64,000 nucleotides of DNA from a virus, in IMG/VR virus record IMGVR_UViG_3300025141_000025, positions 104,486-168,485 of that record; one strand, written 5' to 3'. Under the pieces are notes generated by a model. That model searched no databases. It was not told the origin of the DNA and was given only the letters and a program-made list of their open reading frames with translations. This document shows positions 1-9,560 of this stretch, one piece after another (position 1 is the stretch's first letter; each line of letters starts with the position of its first letter). The translations under genes and the position numbers were made by a program.

Positions 1-126
1 GAGAATAGACATTTCTTCTTGCAAAATAAGTCGCTGCAATTCACGAGAACTTAATCTTGTAATTTTTCTTTTATTGTTTGAAACTTCTTCTTTGTTTAAA
101 CCAAAGATCTCAACTAGTTTTTTCAT
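1..126 (-). CDS. Partial ORF (runs off window), leader-like protein
   Basis: My translation MKKLVEIFGLNKEEVSNNKRKITRLSSRELQRLILQEE; AGGAG SD upstream. Confidence 0.6.
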   Translation of the reverse strand, partial: MKKLVEIFGLNKEEVSNNKRKITRLSSRELQRLILQEEMSIL

Positions 127-178
127 GAAATGTATCTCCTACTCAAACTAAATATCTAGATATCGTAAAAATGATGAT

Positions 179-2284
179 TTATTCGCTAGGAGGCATACAA
201 ATTTCATCTAATATTTCCATGAGATAATTGTACATTTCGACCGTGTTGTTACTTAGCGGATAGTATTTTCCACCACATGAATTGGCAATTTCATCCCATT
301 CCCACTGTTCATTAACTGAAAATGTGTATGTTTTTAATTGTGGTGTTGCCTGACAGGTGCCAATCACATCCGCCGGACTGAGTTGCGGACTCAAATAACT
401 TTGAGGTGCCTCGTCACTAAAAACGATAATAACACGATCTGCCCCGGGTCTCCAGCTTAGTTTAAATTGATCTTTGGTAGGAACTGATTCTCCGACCCAG
501 TTATTCCATGGGGTTATTGCGAGATCTATGGGGGTATTTCCGGAAATATTTTGAAGTGAAAGGTAAATAGCGTCTAGCAGCATTTCGCTACCTGTGTTCA
601 TCCCAGTATTTCCTAAACCTGCAAAATCCCCCAGAAAATCAGGAAACGAAGAAATATCAGAAATCATGTATAATCTTTCTTCAAAATCGCCAGGTGCCTC
701 TCTAGGACCAACAATAAGTCCCCAGTGAAGTTTGTCTTGTAAGGAATAATGTCCAGCAAACTGATTTAAGGCAGTTAACACGGCACTAATTTCATCGCCC
801 ATAGACCCTGACCAATCAATGATAAAAAGAATGTCAGTCTCAGGAACCTCTTTACCCCAGTCAACCATGCCGTCACAGTCATCATCCAGACCATTACATT
901 CTTCATCCTGTGGAACGACCTCATCCATACACATACCAGCCAAGAAATTGTCTTGGTCATCATACCCACCCCAAACACCGGTGAGGCATGTCATCATTCC
1001 AGGTTCGCATATTCCTACATTTAATGTTCCCTCTGGGCCCGTGTAACAACCAACAAATAAATCCTCATCAATTAACTGATTACAATTATCATCAAAATTA
1101 TTACATTCTTCTTCTTGCAGGGGCATACCAACAAGAGAGTCGCAAAGTGGATCAGACCCGGGTGGGTCAGCTAGCCAATGGCATGCAGCAAAGCATTCCG
1201 TCGTTGTTATCTCTAGGCATGCAGGATCTACACATTCACATGTTTTGAAGCCTTGACCACAAAGTAATGGTGGTTCAGCACATGGAAAAAGAGATCCCAC
1301 ATCCTGTATTGTACAAAGACATTCAATTCCATCATCGATCTGCCCGTTACAGTCGTTATCTAGACCATCACAAATCTCTGGTGATGGTTGTTGTGCTGTA
1401 CAACTAGCCCATACACCGTTGGTACAAACTTCAACCCCACTACCACATGATGTTGTGCATACCTTGACCAAATCCTCGTCGGTATCTCCATCACAATCGT
1501 TATCTAGGCCATCACATACCTCAGCTGGGACAGGCCCACACTCGTTACAAACGTTTGTCTGAAATTCATCAATTTCACCATCACAATCGTTATCTAGATA
1601 ATCGCAGATTTCCTCTTGAGGTTCCGGGCCGAAGCACACCTCCTCGCCGTCAACACACACGGCATTACCGGCGCCACAGATTGTTTCGCATGCCATGACA
1701 CCCAAATCTTCGTCCACCAAGCCATCACAGTCGTTGTCCAGACCATCACATTGTTCAGGATTACAGGGTTGACATTCTGAATGATATAATTGCCCTTTGT
1801 CACATGTAACCTGTTGTTTTCCAACAGTCCCGTCGTCCATCTCACACCATTGCCAACCATAATCCAGGCTCTGAGCCATGGGTGAGCATTCGTATGCCTC
1901 GGTACATTCACCCATGAATATAATTTCTGGTGGCGGGCAGTCAGGATCATGACCATACATGCATGGTTCATTATCATCATTGCAAATATCAACAGTAACT
2001 TCTTTTTTGTGATATGTAGGCTGTCCAAATTCAGGAGGACAGAACCATTGCTGTGATTGACAACATTCAGGATAACAGCTACACCAACCAGAATCCGAAA
2101 CACTAATTTGAAGGCAAGGATCTGGTGGGGCTACATCAACATCATTGTGTAGTGTGTCTAGTTCTTCTCGAGGCATTGGATAAATTGGTGTATCCGAATT
2201 TTCTACACCATCATTTTTATCCGAACATCCAAGTGGGTATGTAAAAAAAACTAGAAATAGTAAAGGTATTATCTTCGCCTTCAT
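179..2284 (-). CDS. Lipoprotein with MopE-type Cys/Asp metal-binding repeats and C-terminal vWA domain
   Basis: Signal peptide ending LGC; about 6 repeats of E-x-C-D/N-x-x-D-N/D-D/N-C-D/N-G; MIDAS DWSGS. Confidence 0.8.
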   Translation of the reverse strand: MKAKIIPLLFLVFFTYPLGCSDKNDGVENSDTPIYPMPREELDTLHNDVDVAPPDPCLQISVSDSGWCSCYPECCQSQQWFCPPEFGQPTYHKKEVTVDICNDDNEPCMYGHDPDCPPPEIIFMGECTEAYECSPMAQSLDYGWQWCEMDDGTVGKQQVTCDKGQLYHSECQPCNPEQCDGLDNDCDGLVDEDLGVMACETICGAGNAVCVDGEEVCFGPEPQEEICDYLDNDCDGEIDEFQTNVCNECGPVPAEVCDGLDNDCDGDTDEDLVKVCTTSCGSGVEVCTNGVWASCTAQQPSPEICDGLDNDCNGQIDDGIECLCTIQDVGSLFPCAEPPLLCGQGFKTCECVDPACLEITTTECFAACHWLADPPGSDPLCDSLVGMPLQEEECNNFDDNCNQLIDEDLFVGCYTGPEGTLNVGICEPGMMTCLTGVWGGYDDQDNFLAGMCMDEVVPQDEECNGLDDDCDGMVDWGKEVPETDILFIIDWSGSMGDEISAVLTALNQFAGHYSLQDKLHWGLIVGPREAPGDFEERLYMISDISSFPDFLGDFAGLGNTGMNTGSEMLLDAIYLSLQNISGNTPIDLAITPWNNWVGESVPTKDQFKLSWRPGADRVIIVFSDEAPQSYLSPQLSPADVIGTCQATPQLKTYTFSVNEQWEWDEIANSCGGKYYPLSNNTVEMYNYLMEILDEICMPPSE

Positions 2285-2337
2285 TATTCATAAGTATACA
2301 TTTTTTTTGCGATTTTCATCCAATCAAAAAAAATATC

Positions 2338-2991
2338 TTACAGGTTAGCCTCAAGTAGCCGTAATAAGACAGCCTCAGTGATGTCTGCAATTTTGCTTTG
2401 TTGTAAAGCTATGTCATCTTTTGAGGGACTTCCCGTACCCCAGTCAGGCAACGAGTTATCAGTCATACATGCACTAATATTAATTTTTTTTGAACCCTGC
2501 ACACCGCCTCCGGTGTATAAAATTCCTACATGTCCCTTGTCAGGATACACAAATAAATCTGTTCCAGCGGCATTGGCTATTTGACATGCCTGTTTTAAAG
2601 GAATGGCATCGTCCATACCACCGGCAATAGTAACAGATCCTCCGGGTAAAGTTGGAATGGGAGCGCTGGTCCATCCTCGCAAAGCAGCTGGAGCCATATA
2701 GGTAATCGGTGGAATGGCCGCGGGCATGTATTCGCTTTGCATTGCCCTGTTCAGCGCCGCGGCGCCACGGGAATAAGCAAAAATTCGTTCAGGTCGTTCA
2801 GCTGCAATTTTTTTAGCAATGGCATCAGCTTCTTCATCAGTGACTGGTCCACTTTTTCCTATTTCTATTCCGCCGTATCCAAGCCTGGCTTCAAGATCGT
2901 CCTCTGACATACCGGCGCCATGAAGTCCTAAGGGAACTTCTAACAAACATTGTCTAATAAGATTGGTAAGATCGCTGCGTGTGATAATCAT
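2338..2991 (-). CDS. Leader-tagged alpha/beta hydrolase
   Basis: Leader MIITRSDLTNLIRQCLLE; AYSRGA nucleophile elbow, DDAIP, GH. Confidence 0.65.
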   Translation of the reverse strand: MIITRSDLTNLIRQCLLEVPLGLHGAGMSEDDLEARLGYGGIEIGKSGPVTDEEADAIAKKIAAERPERIFAYSRGAAALNRAMQSEYMPAAIPPITYMAPAALRGWTSAPIPTLPGGSVTIAGGMDDAIPLKQACQIANAAGTDLFVYPDKGHVGILYTGGGVQGSKKINISACMTDNSLPDWGTGSPSKDDIALQQSKIADITEAVLLRLLEANL

Positions 2992-3239
2992 CTTACAAAA
3001 TCTTTTTTAAGCGCCTCTATAGCTTCGCTCAACGCATCTTCAAATTTTGTAAATGCCTCTTTGCTAATCGACACTGAGCCAGGTTCTATCATTGCAACAT
3101 CATCATACAAAACATCATAAAGGTAATTTTTATCAAAAACTCCAAGTGGTGCAGCGTTACCACTTTCATCGTTCTTACTGGAAAACATTGATGATCGTTC
3201 TAAAATAATTTCTCTAATCATGTTTCTGGAAATTTTCAT
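2988..3239 (-). CDS. Leader-tagged hypothetical
   Basis: MKISRNMIREIILE; cargo GVFDKNYLYD resembles 12425..12745. Confidence 0.7.
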   Translation of the reverse strand: MKISRNMIREIILERSSMFSSKNDESGNAAPLGVFDKNYLYDVLYDDVAMIEPGSVSISKEAFTKFEDALSEAIEALKKDFVR

Positions 3240-3256
3240 ATTTTTATTTTATCCAA

Positions 3257-3526
3257 TTATTTGAAAATTTTTTCCTTGGCTGTGTTAAACAATTGCGGCA
3301 AAAAAGACTTTTTTAATCGCAGCAGTCTTTCAAACCTCACACGTTTTCTTGCATCTGTGTAAAGTGTTGTAGGTCGTCTAATCTCGCCATCAATGATTTG
3401 TTCACTAAAGTCGTAAAATTTAGATTTACCACTTGATTTAGGGGGTGCAGCATACGCAACGTTGAAAAAAATAAAAAAGAACAGCAAAAGAATTATAAAT
3501 GAAATTCTTTTGTTGCTGATTTTCAT
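3257..3526 (-). CDS. Secreted CglF/GltF-like gliding motility protein
   Basis: Signal peptide (AYA); YDFSEQIIDGEIRRP...RFERLLRLKKSF resembles the CglF pattern as I recall it. Confidence 0.6.
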   Translation of the reverse strand: MKISNKRISFIILLLFFFIFFNVAYAAPPKSSGKSKFYDFSEQIIDGEIRRPTTLYTDARKRVRFERLLRLKKSFLPQLFNTAKEKIFK

Positions 3527-3792
3527 GATTTATTTTTCACTTTTTTGACGATATTCTTAATTCTACGTCGTAGAAGTCTTTCACCCAAAACTGGACCTCC
3601 TACATCTAATGTCTCTGGTCTTTTTGTGGTCTCTTCACCACCGGCAGCTTTTGAATGATCAATATCCAATTCCAAATTACCTGCCTCGGGACACCCTGCC
3701 CATACATTTTCAATAGGTTCAACTTCTTCCGGGTGATCAGAATCAAGCATTTCTTTAATTAGTTTTCTGAGTTGTCGTTTTGTAATTTTCAC
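3523..3792 (-). CDS. MKITKRQL-leader protein
   Basis: N-terminal leader; C-terminal LGERLLRRRIK. Confidence 0.75.
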   Translation of the reverse strand: MKITKRQLRKLIKEMLDSDHPEEVEPIENVWAGCPEAGNLELDIDHSKAAGGEETTKRPETLDVGGPVLGERLLRRRIKNIVKKVKNKS

Positions 3793-4274
3793 TAGTCAAT
3801 ACTCCTATCGATTGCTTTATATACAGGATACATCTCATCCCATGTCGCCCAGTCAATATCTCCGGATTCTACGGCAGCTTCTAATACATCTGGAATATTA
3901 GAGGTGAAGCCGCCCTTAGGATGAGCGCCCGGTCCTTTGGGTTTGGAAAAAGGATCAACATACATGTTGCCGTCTCTTCCCTCGAAACCTTTATAAAAAC
4001 CAATGTCGATAAGATACTGGTGCACCTTCTGTGTCAGTTCCTGCTTAGATCCTTTCCATTTTTTTCCTGGTCGGCTTGAAGATTGCTGCGATGGTTGCGG
4101 CGCTCTGGATGGTGTGGTTTGACCCGTGGAGCCGGCTTCAAAATCCCTAACAAGCTGCTCATACTCGGCTCGAGTAATCGTGCCGGCCCTATAGTCTTTG
4201 TAATAATCTGCAGGCTCTTCGAGTAAAAGTGATTCTCGAATAATTCTTCTAAGTTGTCTCTTTGTGATTTTCAT
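3792..4274 (-). CDS. MKITKRQL-leader protein
   Basis: MKITKRQLRRIIRESLLLE. Confidence 0.75.
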   Translation of the reverse strand: MKITKRQLRRIIRESLLLEEPADYYKDYRAGTITRAEYEQLVRDFEAGSTGQTTPSRAPQPSQQSSSRPGKKWKGSKQELTQKVHQYLIDIGFYKGFEGRDGNMYVDPFSKPKGPGAHPKGGFTSNIPDVLEAAVESGDIDWATWDEMYPVYKAIDRSID

Positions 4275-4613
4275 TTATAACTCTTCTCGATATCTTGGAT
4301 CAATTGCTATTAACCTTTTATAGTCGTGATCTGTTTCATATCCGTTTGCTTGTAATATTGCTTCAATATCCTGTGCTCGCACACCCATTTTCCTTTCTAG
4401 TCCCATTAGTTCGCCATTGGTGGCGATGTGATACTGCCCCGGAAAATCAGTCGATAAATAAAACTTAAAACCTTTAAGGTCTAGTTCAGTACCAAGCAAT
4501 TGCTCTATTTTATCTAGGTTTGGATCACTATCCCACTTATCATAGTCACTGTATTTTACCTTTTCGATCTCTTCTTTGATGATTCTCTTTAGTTGTCGTT
4601 TTGTAATTTTCAT
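4275..4613 (-). CDS. MKITKRQL-leader protein
   Basis: Start moved to leader ATG. Confidence 0.75.
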   Translation of the reverse strand: MKITKRQLKRIIKEEIEKVKYSDYDKWDSDPNLDKIEQLLGTELDLKGFKFYLSTDFPGQYHIATNGELMGLERKMGVRAQDIEAILQANGYETDHDYKRLIAIDPRYREEL

Positions 4614-4615
4614 AA

Positions 4616-4831
4616 TCAAAATCCTAAGACTGCACCTTCATCGTGATGTCGATCTTCTAGTTCATCGGCTAATTCCCGGAGCGCTTCTGCACGCTCAAGA
4701 TCAGAGCGAAGCGTAGTGCCCACTAACTGATCAATCAATCTCCATTGTTCTTCACGATTGTCGCCGAACATGTTATCCTTATCCCGGGCTTCCTTAATGA
4801 TTCTTCTGAGCTGTCGTTTTGTAATTTTCAT
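4616..4831 (-). CDS. MKITKRQL-leader protein
   Basis: Leader; TAATG coupling. Confidence 0.75.
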   Translation of the reverse strand: MKITKRQLRRIIKEARDKDNMFGDNREEQWRLIDQLVGTTLRSDLERAEALRELADELEDRHHDEGAVLGF

Positions 4832-4935
4832 TAGCTTATTATTCCTTTTATTTTTTCGAGGTAATCATCTGCAATTTCTGGCTTCACTCCCATGCTCTTG
4901 TTCATGAAAGCTGTCTTTATTATATCCTGTATTTG
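4824..4935. repeat. Exact direct repeat, copy 1 (copy 2 at 63889-64000)
   Basis: 112 nt identical by direct reading. Confidence 0.9.
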
Positions 4936-5079
4936 TAGCAATTGCTGGTGAGATGTAGGTGCCATCGAATCTTTCCATTCTTCATATGCACCGGGATTGT
5001 TCGGATCCATACGTTCGGAAATTATTTTAGCGCTCTCTTCTTTGATGATTCGTCTTAGTTGTCGTTTTGTAATTTTCAT
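4831..5079 (-). CDS. MKITKRQL-leader protein (3' end duplicated at window end)
   Basis: Start moved to leader ATG; IIKEESAKIISE. Confidence 0.75.
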   Translation of the reverse strand: MKITKRQLRRIIKEESAKIISERMDPNNPGAYEEWKDSMAPTSHQQLLQIQDIIKTAFMNKSMGVKPEIADDYLEKIKGIIS

Positions 5080-5504
5080 TATGGACATACCCATTTTCCC
5101 ATTCTTTGTTGCCAATACGGCTCAGTAGCCTCTCCGGTCCTTCGATCTTTGCAACCCATTTGTTCTCCAGTGGGTTTTTTATCCCGCCTGCTGGTATCTA
5201 CACGGCCTGACCGGTCTATGCCGGGAGCCCAGTATTCTTCTAAATCATCTTCTTTAAGGAGGTCGGTTCCATGTGAAAGATCATCGATTAGGTTTTCATA
5301 GTCCTCAACAGGTACCTCATGGCCTAGGTCATCCATAAAATCGTCATATAAAAGTGATTTAATTGCGCCTGCTCCACCAGTGGCTAAAGCAGGATCAGCA
5401 TGATAAGATTTTGCCCTATCGGTTAAATAAGTTATGATCTCATCGTTGGACGCAACCATGGCTTCTCTGATTATTCTTCTTAGTTGTCGTTTTGTGATTT
5501 TCAT
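5079..5504 (-). CDS. MKITKRQL-leader protein
   Basis: Leader; internal LLKE. Confidence 0.75.
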   Translation of the reverse strand: MKITKRQLRRIIREAMVASNDEIITYLTDRAKSYHADPALATGGAGAIKSLLYDDFMDDLGHEVPVEDYENLIDDLSHGTDLLKEDDLEEYWAPGIDRSGRVDTSRRDKKPTGEQMGCKDRRTGEATEPYWQQRMGKWVCP

Positions 5505-5791
5505 CGCTTCCAGTCATCCCCCATGAGCTCATCGATCTCGCGCCAGCTTGCCTTCGTGATAAGGTACTTGTATCGAGGGTAAAACTTGCCATCGATATAG
5601 TCACGAATCGCATTCTCACCCTGTAGGACGACCTCGGTGGGGACAACGTAGCTAATCCCTTCACCCTCAGTGTGCTCATGGCCATACCACTCAACCTCAA
5701 CTGAGGTCACTGGTGTACCCACAGGTAAACCAGTCATGCGGTCTATTTCTTCTCGGATGATTCTTCTTAGTTGCCGTTTGGTGATCTTCAT
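5501..5791 (-). CDS. MKITKRQL-leader protein
   Basis: Leader; ATGA coupling. Confidence 0.75.
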   Translation of the reverse strand: MKITKRQLRRIIREEIDRMTGLPVGTPVTSVEVEWYGHEHTEGEGISYVVPTEVVLQGENAIRDYIDGKFYPRYKYLITKASWREIDELMGDDWKR

Positions 5792-6051
5792 GTCTGGTTC
5801 CCTATATCAATTGCTCTTTGTAGCGCGATCTCATATGCGTCGCCACGTTGTCCGCCGAGCCCGGTAATCTTCTCAAGCGCTGTATCAGCTATTTCGGCCG
5901 GGGTTGCATTTCTGTAACCGGGTTCATGTGCTATATGGTCGACCCACATGTGAACCTCTCCGGTCAAACCGGCACCAGGTACTATTCCGCCATCCTTCCC
6001 GACAAACGCTTCTTTGATAATTCTTCGGAGTTGTCGTTTTGTGATTTTCAT
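5788..6051 (-). CDS. MKITKRQL-leader protein
   Basis: Leader; ATGA coupling. Confidence 0.75.
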   Translation of the reverse strand: MKITKRQLRRIIKEAFVGKDGGIVPGAGLTGEVHMWVDHIAHEPGYRNATPAEIADTALEKITGLGGQRGDAYEIALQRAIDIGNQT

Positions 6052-6473
6052 GAATAATACTCCTCAAAAGCACTTGTTCCATCATCTTCACCAGCGTACA
6101 TTTCATCGGGATCTTTTTCCTCAACTTCCTCAACCTGCATTCCATTTTGTTTTGCATAAAGCTGAATGAGTTTATCGACATCTACACCATAGTAATCAGG
6201 GAATACGTCTGAATCCCATCTCTCCAAACCCCCTTGTACACCTTCTGCATCAGCTTTAAGCATTGCAGCGAGACCTTGCTCTGAAGTAAACCCTTGTACC
6301 CCTTCATCCAGAAGTGATCTTACCATCTCACCGAGACTGATCCATTCGCCGCCTTCATCTTCAACACTAAACCCGCCGTATGGAAGGCGCTTGACATAAA
6401 GCGTACCTTCGGACATTACGTTCGAAATTTCTTCTTTGATAATTCGTCTGAGTTGTCTCTTTGTGATTTTCAT
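6048..6473 (-). CDS. MKITKRQL-leader protein
   Basis: IIKEEISNVMSE. Confidence 0.75.
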   Translation of the reverse strand: MKITKRQLRRIIKEEISNVMSEGTLYVKRLPYGGFSVEDEGGEWISLGEMVRSLLDEGVQGFTSEQGLAAMLKADAEGVQGGLERWDSDVFPDYYGVDVDKLIQLYAKQNGMQVEEVEEKDPDEMYAGEDDGTSAFEEYYS

Positions 6474-6481
6474 TTTTTATC

Positions 6482-7114
6482 TCAATCGTACATTGGGGGT
6501 ATGTGCTTGACTGGCTTGCGCTTCTTCCTAAGAGTCGCGCCACCCTTCTCTAACACCTTTATAATCTTGTCTACTGTCGTCCCTGACTGTTTCGCCCATT
6601 GTTCATCAACGACAAAACTTGAACGCCCAAGCGGCATCGTACCCCATGGGGTCTCGTCGTCTTCGACCATAAACGCCACAACTTTACCACCCCTGCGAAT
6701 GGGTTGGTAAGTCAAGTATTTTACCTCGCGAGGCTCGACAGCACCGTAGCTATCACCTCCGATGGCCTTGAGTTCTTTTTTGTCAGGAGAAGCACCAACT
6801 CGTTTTTGATGATCTTTATCCAGTGCCATCGAGATTGCCAACCGGATGTTTTCGAGATCAGGATATGGTGTAACCCCTAAGTCTGCCAACGTACCTCGGT
6901 CGTCGTCGTAGAAAGCGTCGGCCTGATCTAGACCGTATTCATCGATAAAGAGTTGTGCCACTTTTTGATGATCAGCATGGCTCATTTTTGAAGGGTCTTC
7001 AGGGAGGGCATCAACAAGTTTTTTCTCCCATGCATCCAACTCGGCCTGGCGTTCTTTCCAGGATTTCATCTGTTCTTTGATGATTTTTCTAAGTTGTCGT
7101 TTTGTAACTCTCAT
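6482..7114 (-). CDS. MRVTKRQL-leader protein
   Basis: Leader variant. Confidence 0.75.
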   Translation of the reverse strand: MRVTKRQLRKIIKEQMKSWKERQAELDAWEKKLVDALPEDPSKMSHADHQKVAQLFIDEYGLDQADAFYDDDRGTLADLGVTPYPDLENIRLAISMALDKDHQKRVGASPDKKELKAIGGDSYGAVEPREVKYLTYQPIRRGGKVVAFMVEDDETPWGTMPLGRSSFVVDEQWAKQSGTTVDKIIKVLEKGGATLRKKRKPVKHIPPMYD

Positions 7115-7115
7115 A

Positions 7116-7496
7116 TTACATTCTCCACTTGCAGTTTCTAGCTAACCTGTCACATTTAATAAGTGCTTCTTTAATTAGTCTTTCTAACCCAAACAAATTC
7201 GCTGTTTTCCAATCATCAAAATCTTCTAATTGTGAAGCAGATAGTTTTTTATCTGCACACCTCAATAAATGAGCCGCTTCGTAATACTTTGACTCGGCCA
7301 GCGCAAACATTTTGTGTTTGTGATGTTGTTCGGCTTCACTCATGATTGCTGATGCTTTATTATACAATAAAGCGGCGCAGTCTGCTGTAGGACCACATGT
7401 CACGATCGTCGTGCACATTTTAGTTTTATAATCAATGGTACTTGTGGCACAAGAAGTACAAAGTAAAAATAGCATTACCGTGGCAAGAAATCTCAT
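7116..7496 (-). CDS. Putative lipoprotein
   Basis: Start moved to MRFLATVMLFLLCTSC (lipobox-like). Confidence 0.55.
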   Translation of the reverse strand: MRFLATVMLFLLCTSCATSTIDYKTKMCTTIVTCGPTADCAALLYNKASAIMSEAEQHHKHKMFALAESKYYEAAHLLRCADKKLSASQLEDFDDWKTANLFGLERLIKEALIKCDRLARNCKWRM

Positions 7497-7498
7497 TT

Positions 7499-7798
7499 TT
7501 AACTGCCAAGCATCTCGTCTAAACCAAGCATAGATTTGCACATAAAATAAGAATAATGTAATCTTTCGAAAGTTTGCCAAACATATTCAACACTCACAGG
7601 TCTCACGGACATCTTTAACCAGTAATCCGGATTAATGTCGACTGCGACGTCCTCAGCCTCTCTGATGTTTTCTGCCCTGATAAATTGTACATGGCTTTTA
7701 AATTCCCTGTGGGGAGTTTTTTCATATAATTCAAAAATACTGCCTTCCATTTCTTCATTATTTTTGAACAGATCCATCTGTATTGCTAGATTATTCAT
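7499..7798 (-). CDS. Hypothetical protein
   Basis: ORF with GAGGAG SD. Confidence 0.6.
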   Translation of the reverse strand: MNNLAIQMDLFKNNEEMEGSIFELYEKTPHREFKSHVQFIRAENIREAEDVAVDINPDYWLKMSVRPVSVEYVWQTFERLHYSYFMCKSMLGLDEMLGS

Positions 7799-7807
7799 TT
7801 TCGTATG

Positions 7808-7960
7808 TCACTCCTCTTTATTCCACGGTGCGTCTGGGTCTTCCATTATCGATACCATACTTTTTTCGAATCCGCGGGTCGCTATCCAAGCACCCAAGAC
7901 CATTCCCACAGCCGTACAGCCAAGAAATGTAAGTGCCACCAGTATGGAATCCCAGCTCAT
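7808..7960 (-). CDS. Small single-TM protein (not in ORF track)
   Basis: MSWDSILVALTFLGCTAVGMVLGAWIA..., 50 aa, fills gap. Confidence 0.5.
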   Translation of the reverse strand: MSWDSILVALTFLGCTAVGMVLGAWIATRGFEKSMVSIMEDPDAPWNKEE

Positions 7961-7962
7961 CT

Positions 7963-8145
7963 CTACTTAATTCTCACATGCGATTTCAAAATTTCGTCTA
8001 AGCTTTTTACAATTGATGACAATGTGTAGGCAGTGTCTTGTGCTCGCATCATTGCCAATGGATTTTCTTTTCCCTCAATAGTTTGAAAAGATTTTATGGT
8101 AAATTCACGAAGCTGTATTAACATTTGAATTTCTTTTTGTGTCAT
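7963..8145 (-). CDS. Hypothetical protein
   Basis: Coupled ORF. Confidence 0.55.
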   Translation of the reverse strand: MTQKEIQMLIQLREFTIKSFQTIEGKENPLAMMRAQDTAYTLSSIVKSLDEILKSHVRIK

Positions 8146-8828
8146 TATTCATTAGCCCAATCAGACGCGCCTAACAGGTATTGTCCTAAATCACTCGCAT
8201 CTAATTTATCCAAACTCAATCTAAATGAATTACCGAATTCTATGGTGATCATATCTCCCACAACAGAAACCCTTGTTGCATAAGGCGTGTTATTGTCTAG
8301 GTCCCTAAGCGTAACTCTTCGTTCCCACTGAGCCCCGGGCTTTGTAATTGGACTTTCATCAATTCGAGCTTTCTCTTCCTTGATGATTCTTCTAAGCTGT
8401 CGCTTTGAAATTTTCGTTCTGCCTTCTTTAAAGCTGCGCTGGTGAATCTCTTCATCGCTTAAGACACCACCAGCATCGTACTCTTTTCGTGCAATCTTGA
8501 GTTCTCTACTGAGGTCATCATGATCTATACCAAATTCATCAGCCAGAGTCCGGTGATTCCACCCCTGCGTCGCCGGATCATCTCGATCGCGGGAAACAAA
8601 ATATGTTGCCATGACGGAAGATGATGCAGGTGTTATGTGACCGTATTCTTTTGCCCATTTCTTATAGTGATTAATTAATTTTTCCGCCGTCTGATCTCCA
8701 CCCATGGGAGCATCGCCGGTCGGATTATCGCGATACCGTTCGTAGTCTCCAGGAACAGTTGGGTCATAAGGTCGGCCACCATACTCTTTTATGATTCTTC
8801 TTAGTTGTTGCTTTGTGATTTTCATCAT
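8145..8828 (-). CDS. Double-leader protein (two fused cassettes)
   Basis: N-terminal leader plus internal FKE-GRTKISKRQLRRIIKEEKARIDE. Confidence 0.75.
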   Translation of the reverse strand: MMKITKQQLRRIIKEYGGRPYDPTVPGDYERYRDNPTGDAPMGGDQTAEKLINHYKKWAKEYGHITPASSSVMATYFVSRDRDDPATQGWNHRTLADEFGIDHDDLSRELKIARKEYDAGGVLSDEEIHQRSFKEGRTKISKRQLRRIIKEEKARIDESPITKPGAQWERRVTLRDLDNNTPYATRVSVVGDMITIEFGNSFRLSLDKLDASDLGQYLLGASDWANE

Positions 8829-9088
8829 CTAGCTCCATGTACCTTTTCAGCCATAAGCCTAAGTGCCTCTTTTCTAATTCCGGGTGAGCGAAACCCACCG
8901 CCAATACGTTCGGCTGAGATTCGGATAAACTCTATTAGCTCATCAGTCTGCATCTCAACCTCAGCTAGAAAATCAGCACGCATTTCATCTTCATCATCAG
9001 AAATAGTCCCGTCGGGATTCATTTCCCTAACAAGGCGAGATTTCTCTTCTTTGATGATTCTTCTCAGCTGTCTTTTTGTTATTTTCAT
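8825..9088 (-). CDS. MKITKRQL-leader protein
   Basis: IIKEEKSRLVRE. Confidence 0.75.
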   Translation of the reverse strand: MKITKRQLRRIIKEEKSRLVREMNPDGTISDDEDEMRADFLAEVEMQTDELIEFIRISAERIGGGFRSPGIRKEALRLMAEKVHGAR

Positions 9089-9324
9089 CTTGTCGGTCCT
9101 CTTAAATTGTCCTTTAGTTCTCTAATGATCTTTTCTAACCCACCAACGATACCCATTGCCGTCTCGGGATCCTCTAAATTCCATCCCATACCTGCAGCAA
9201 GATCATCAATTGTTGTCCATACACCTTCGAATGTGTCGATATTGACCTGACCACGATTCTCATTGAGAAGTTTAGTTTTCTCTTCTTTGATGATTCTTCG
9301 AAGTTGGCGATCTGTGATTTTCAA
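9085..9324 (-). CDS. MKITDRQL-leader protein
   Basis: IIKEEKTKLLNE; cargo resembles 9321..9560. Confidence 0.75.
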   Translation of the reverse strand: MKITDRQLRRIIKEEKTKLLNENRGQVNIDTFEGVWTTIDDLAAGMGWNLEDPETAMGIVGGLEKIIRELKDNLRGPTR

Positions 9325-9560
9325 CTTTGGTTCCCTTTTCTTAGTTCACTTGCTACAGTTTCCAATGCATCAGCAAATGTACCTTGAACCGCAGGGTCTG
9401 ACATATCTACAGTGCCGGCCATTGCTTCGTCATCGAGCCAACGCCATATACCATCAACTGCATTTTGCCAGAGTCCGCCCTGAACATCTGGTTCGACACG
9501 CATGGATTGCGCTGTTTCTTCCTTGATGATTCTTCTAAGTTGTCGTTTTGTAATTTTCAT
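9321..9560 (-). CDS. MKITKRQL-leader protein
   Basis: Leader. Confidence 0.75.
   Translation of the reverse strand: MKITKRQLRRIIKEETAQSMRVEPDVQGGLWQNAVDGIWRWLDDEAMAGTVDMSDPAVQGTFADALETVASELRKGNQS

Noticed and set aside
3257-3526. Counting the MKISNKR and MKITLDI (50420) starts as leader-family members
   Set aside because: They continue into hydrophobic signal or TM segments and lack the L..II.E helix.
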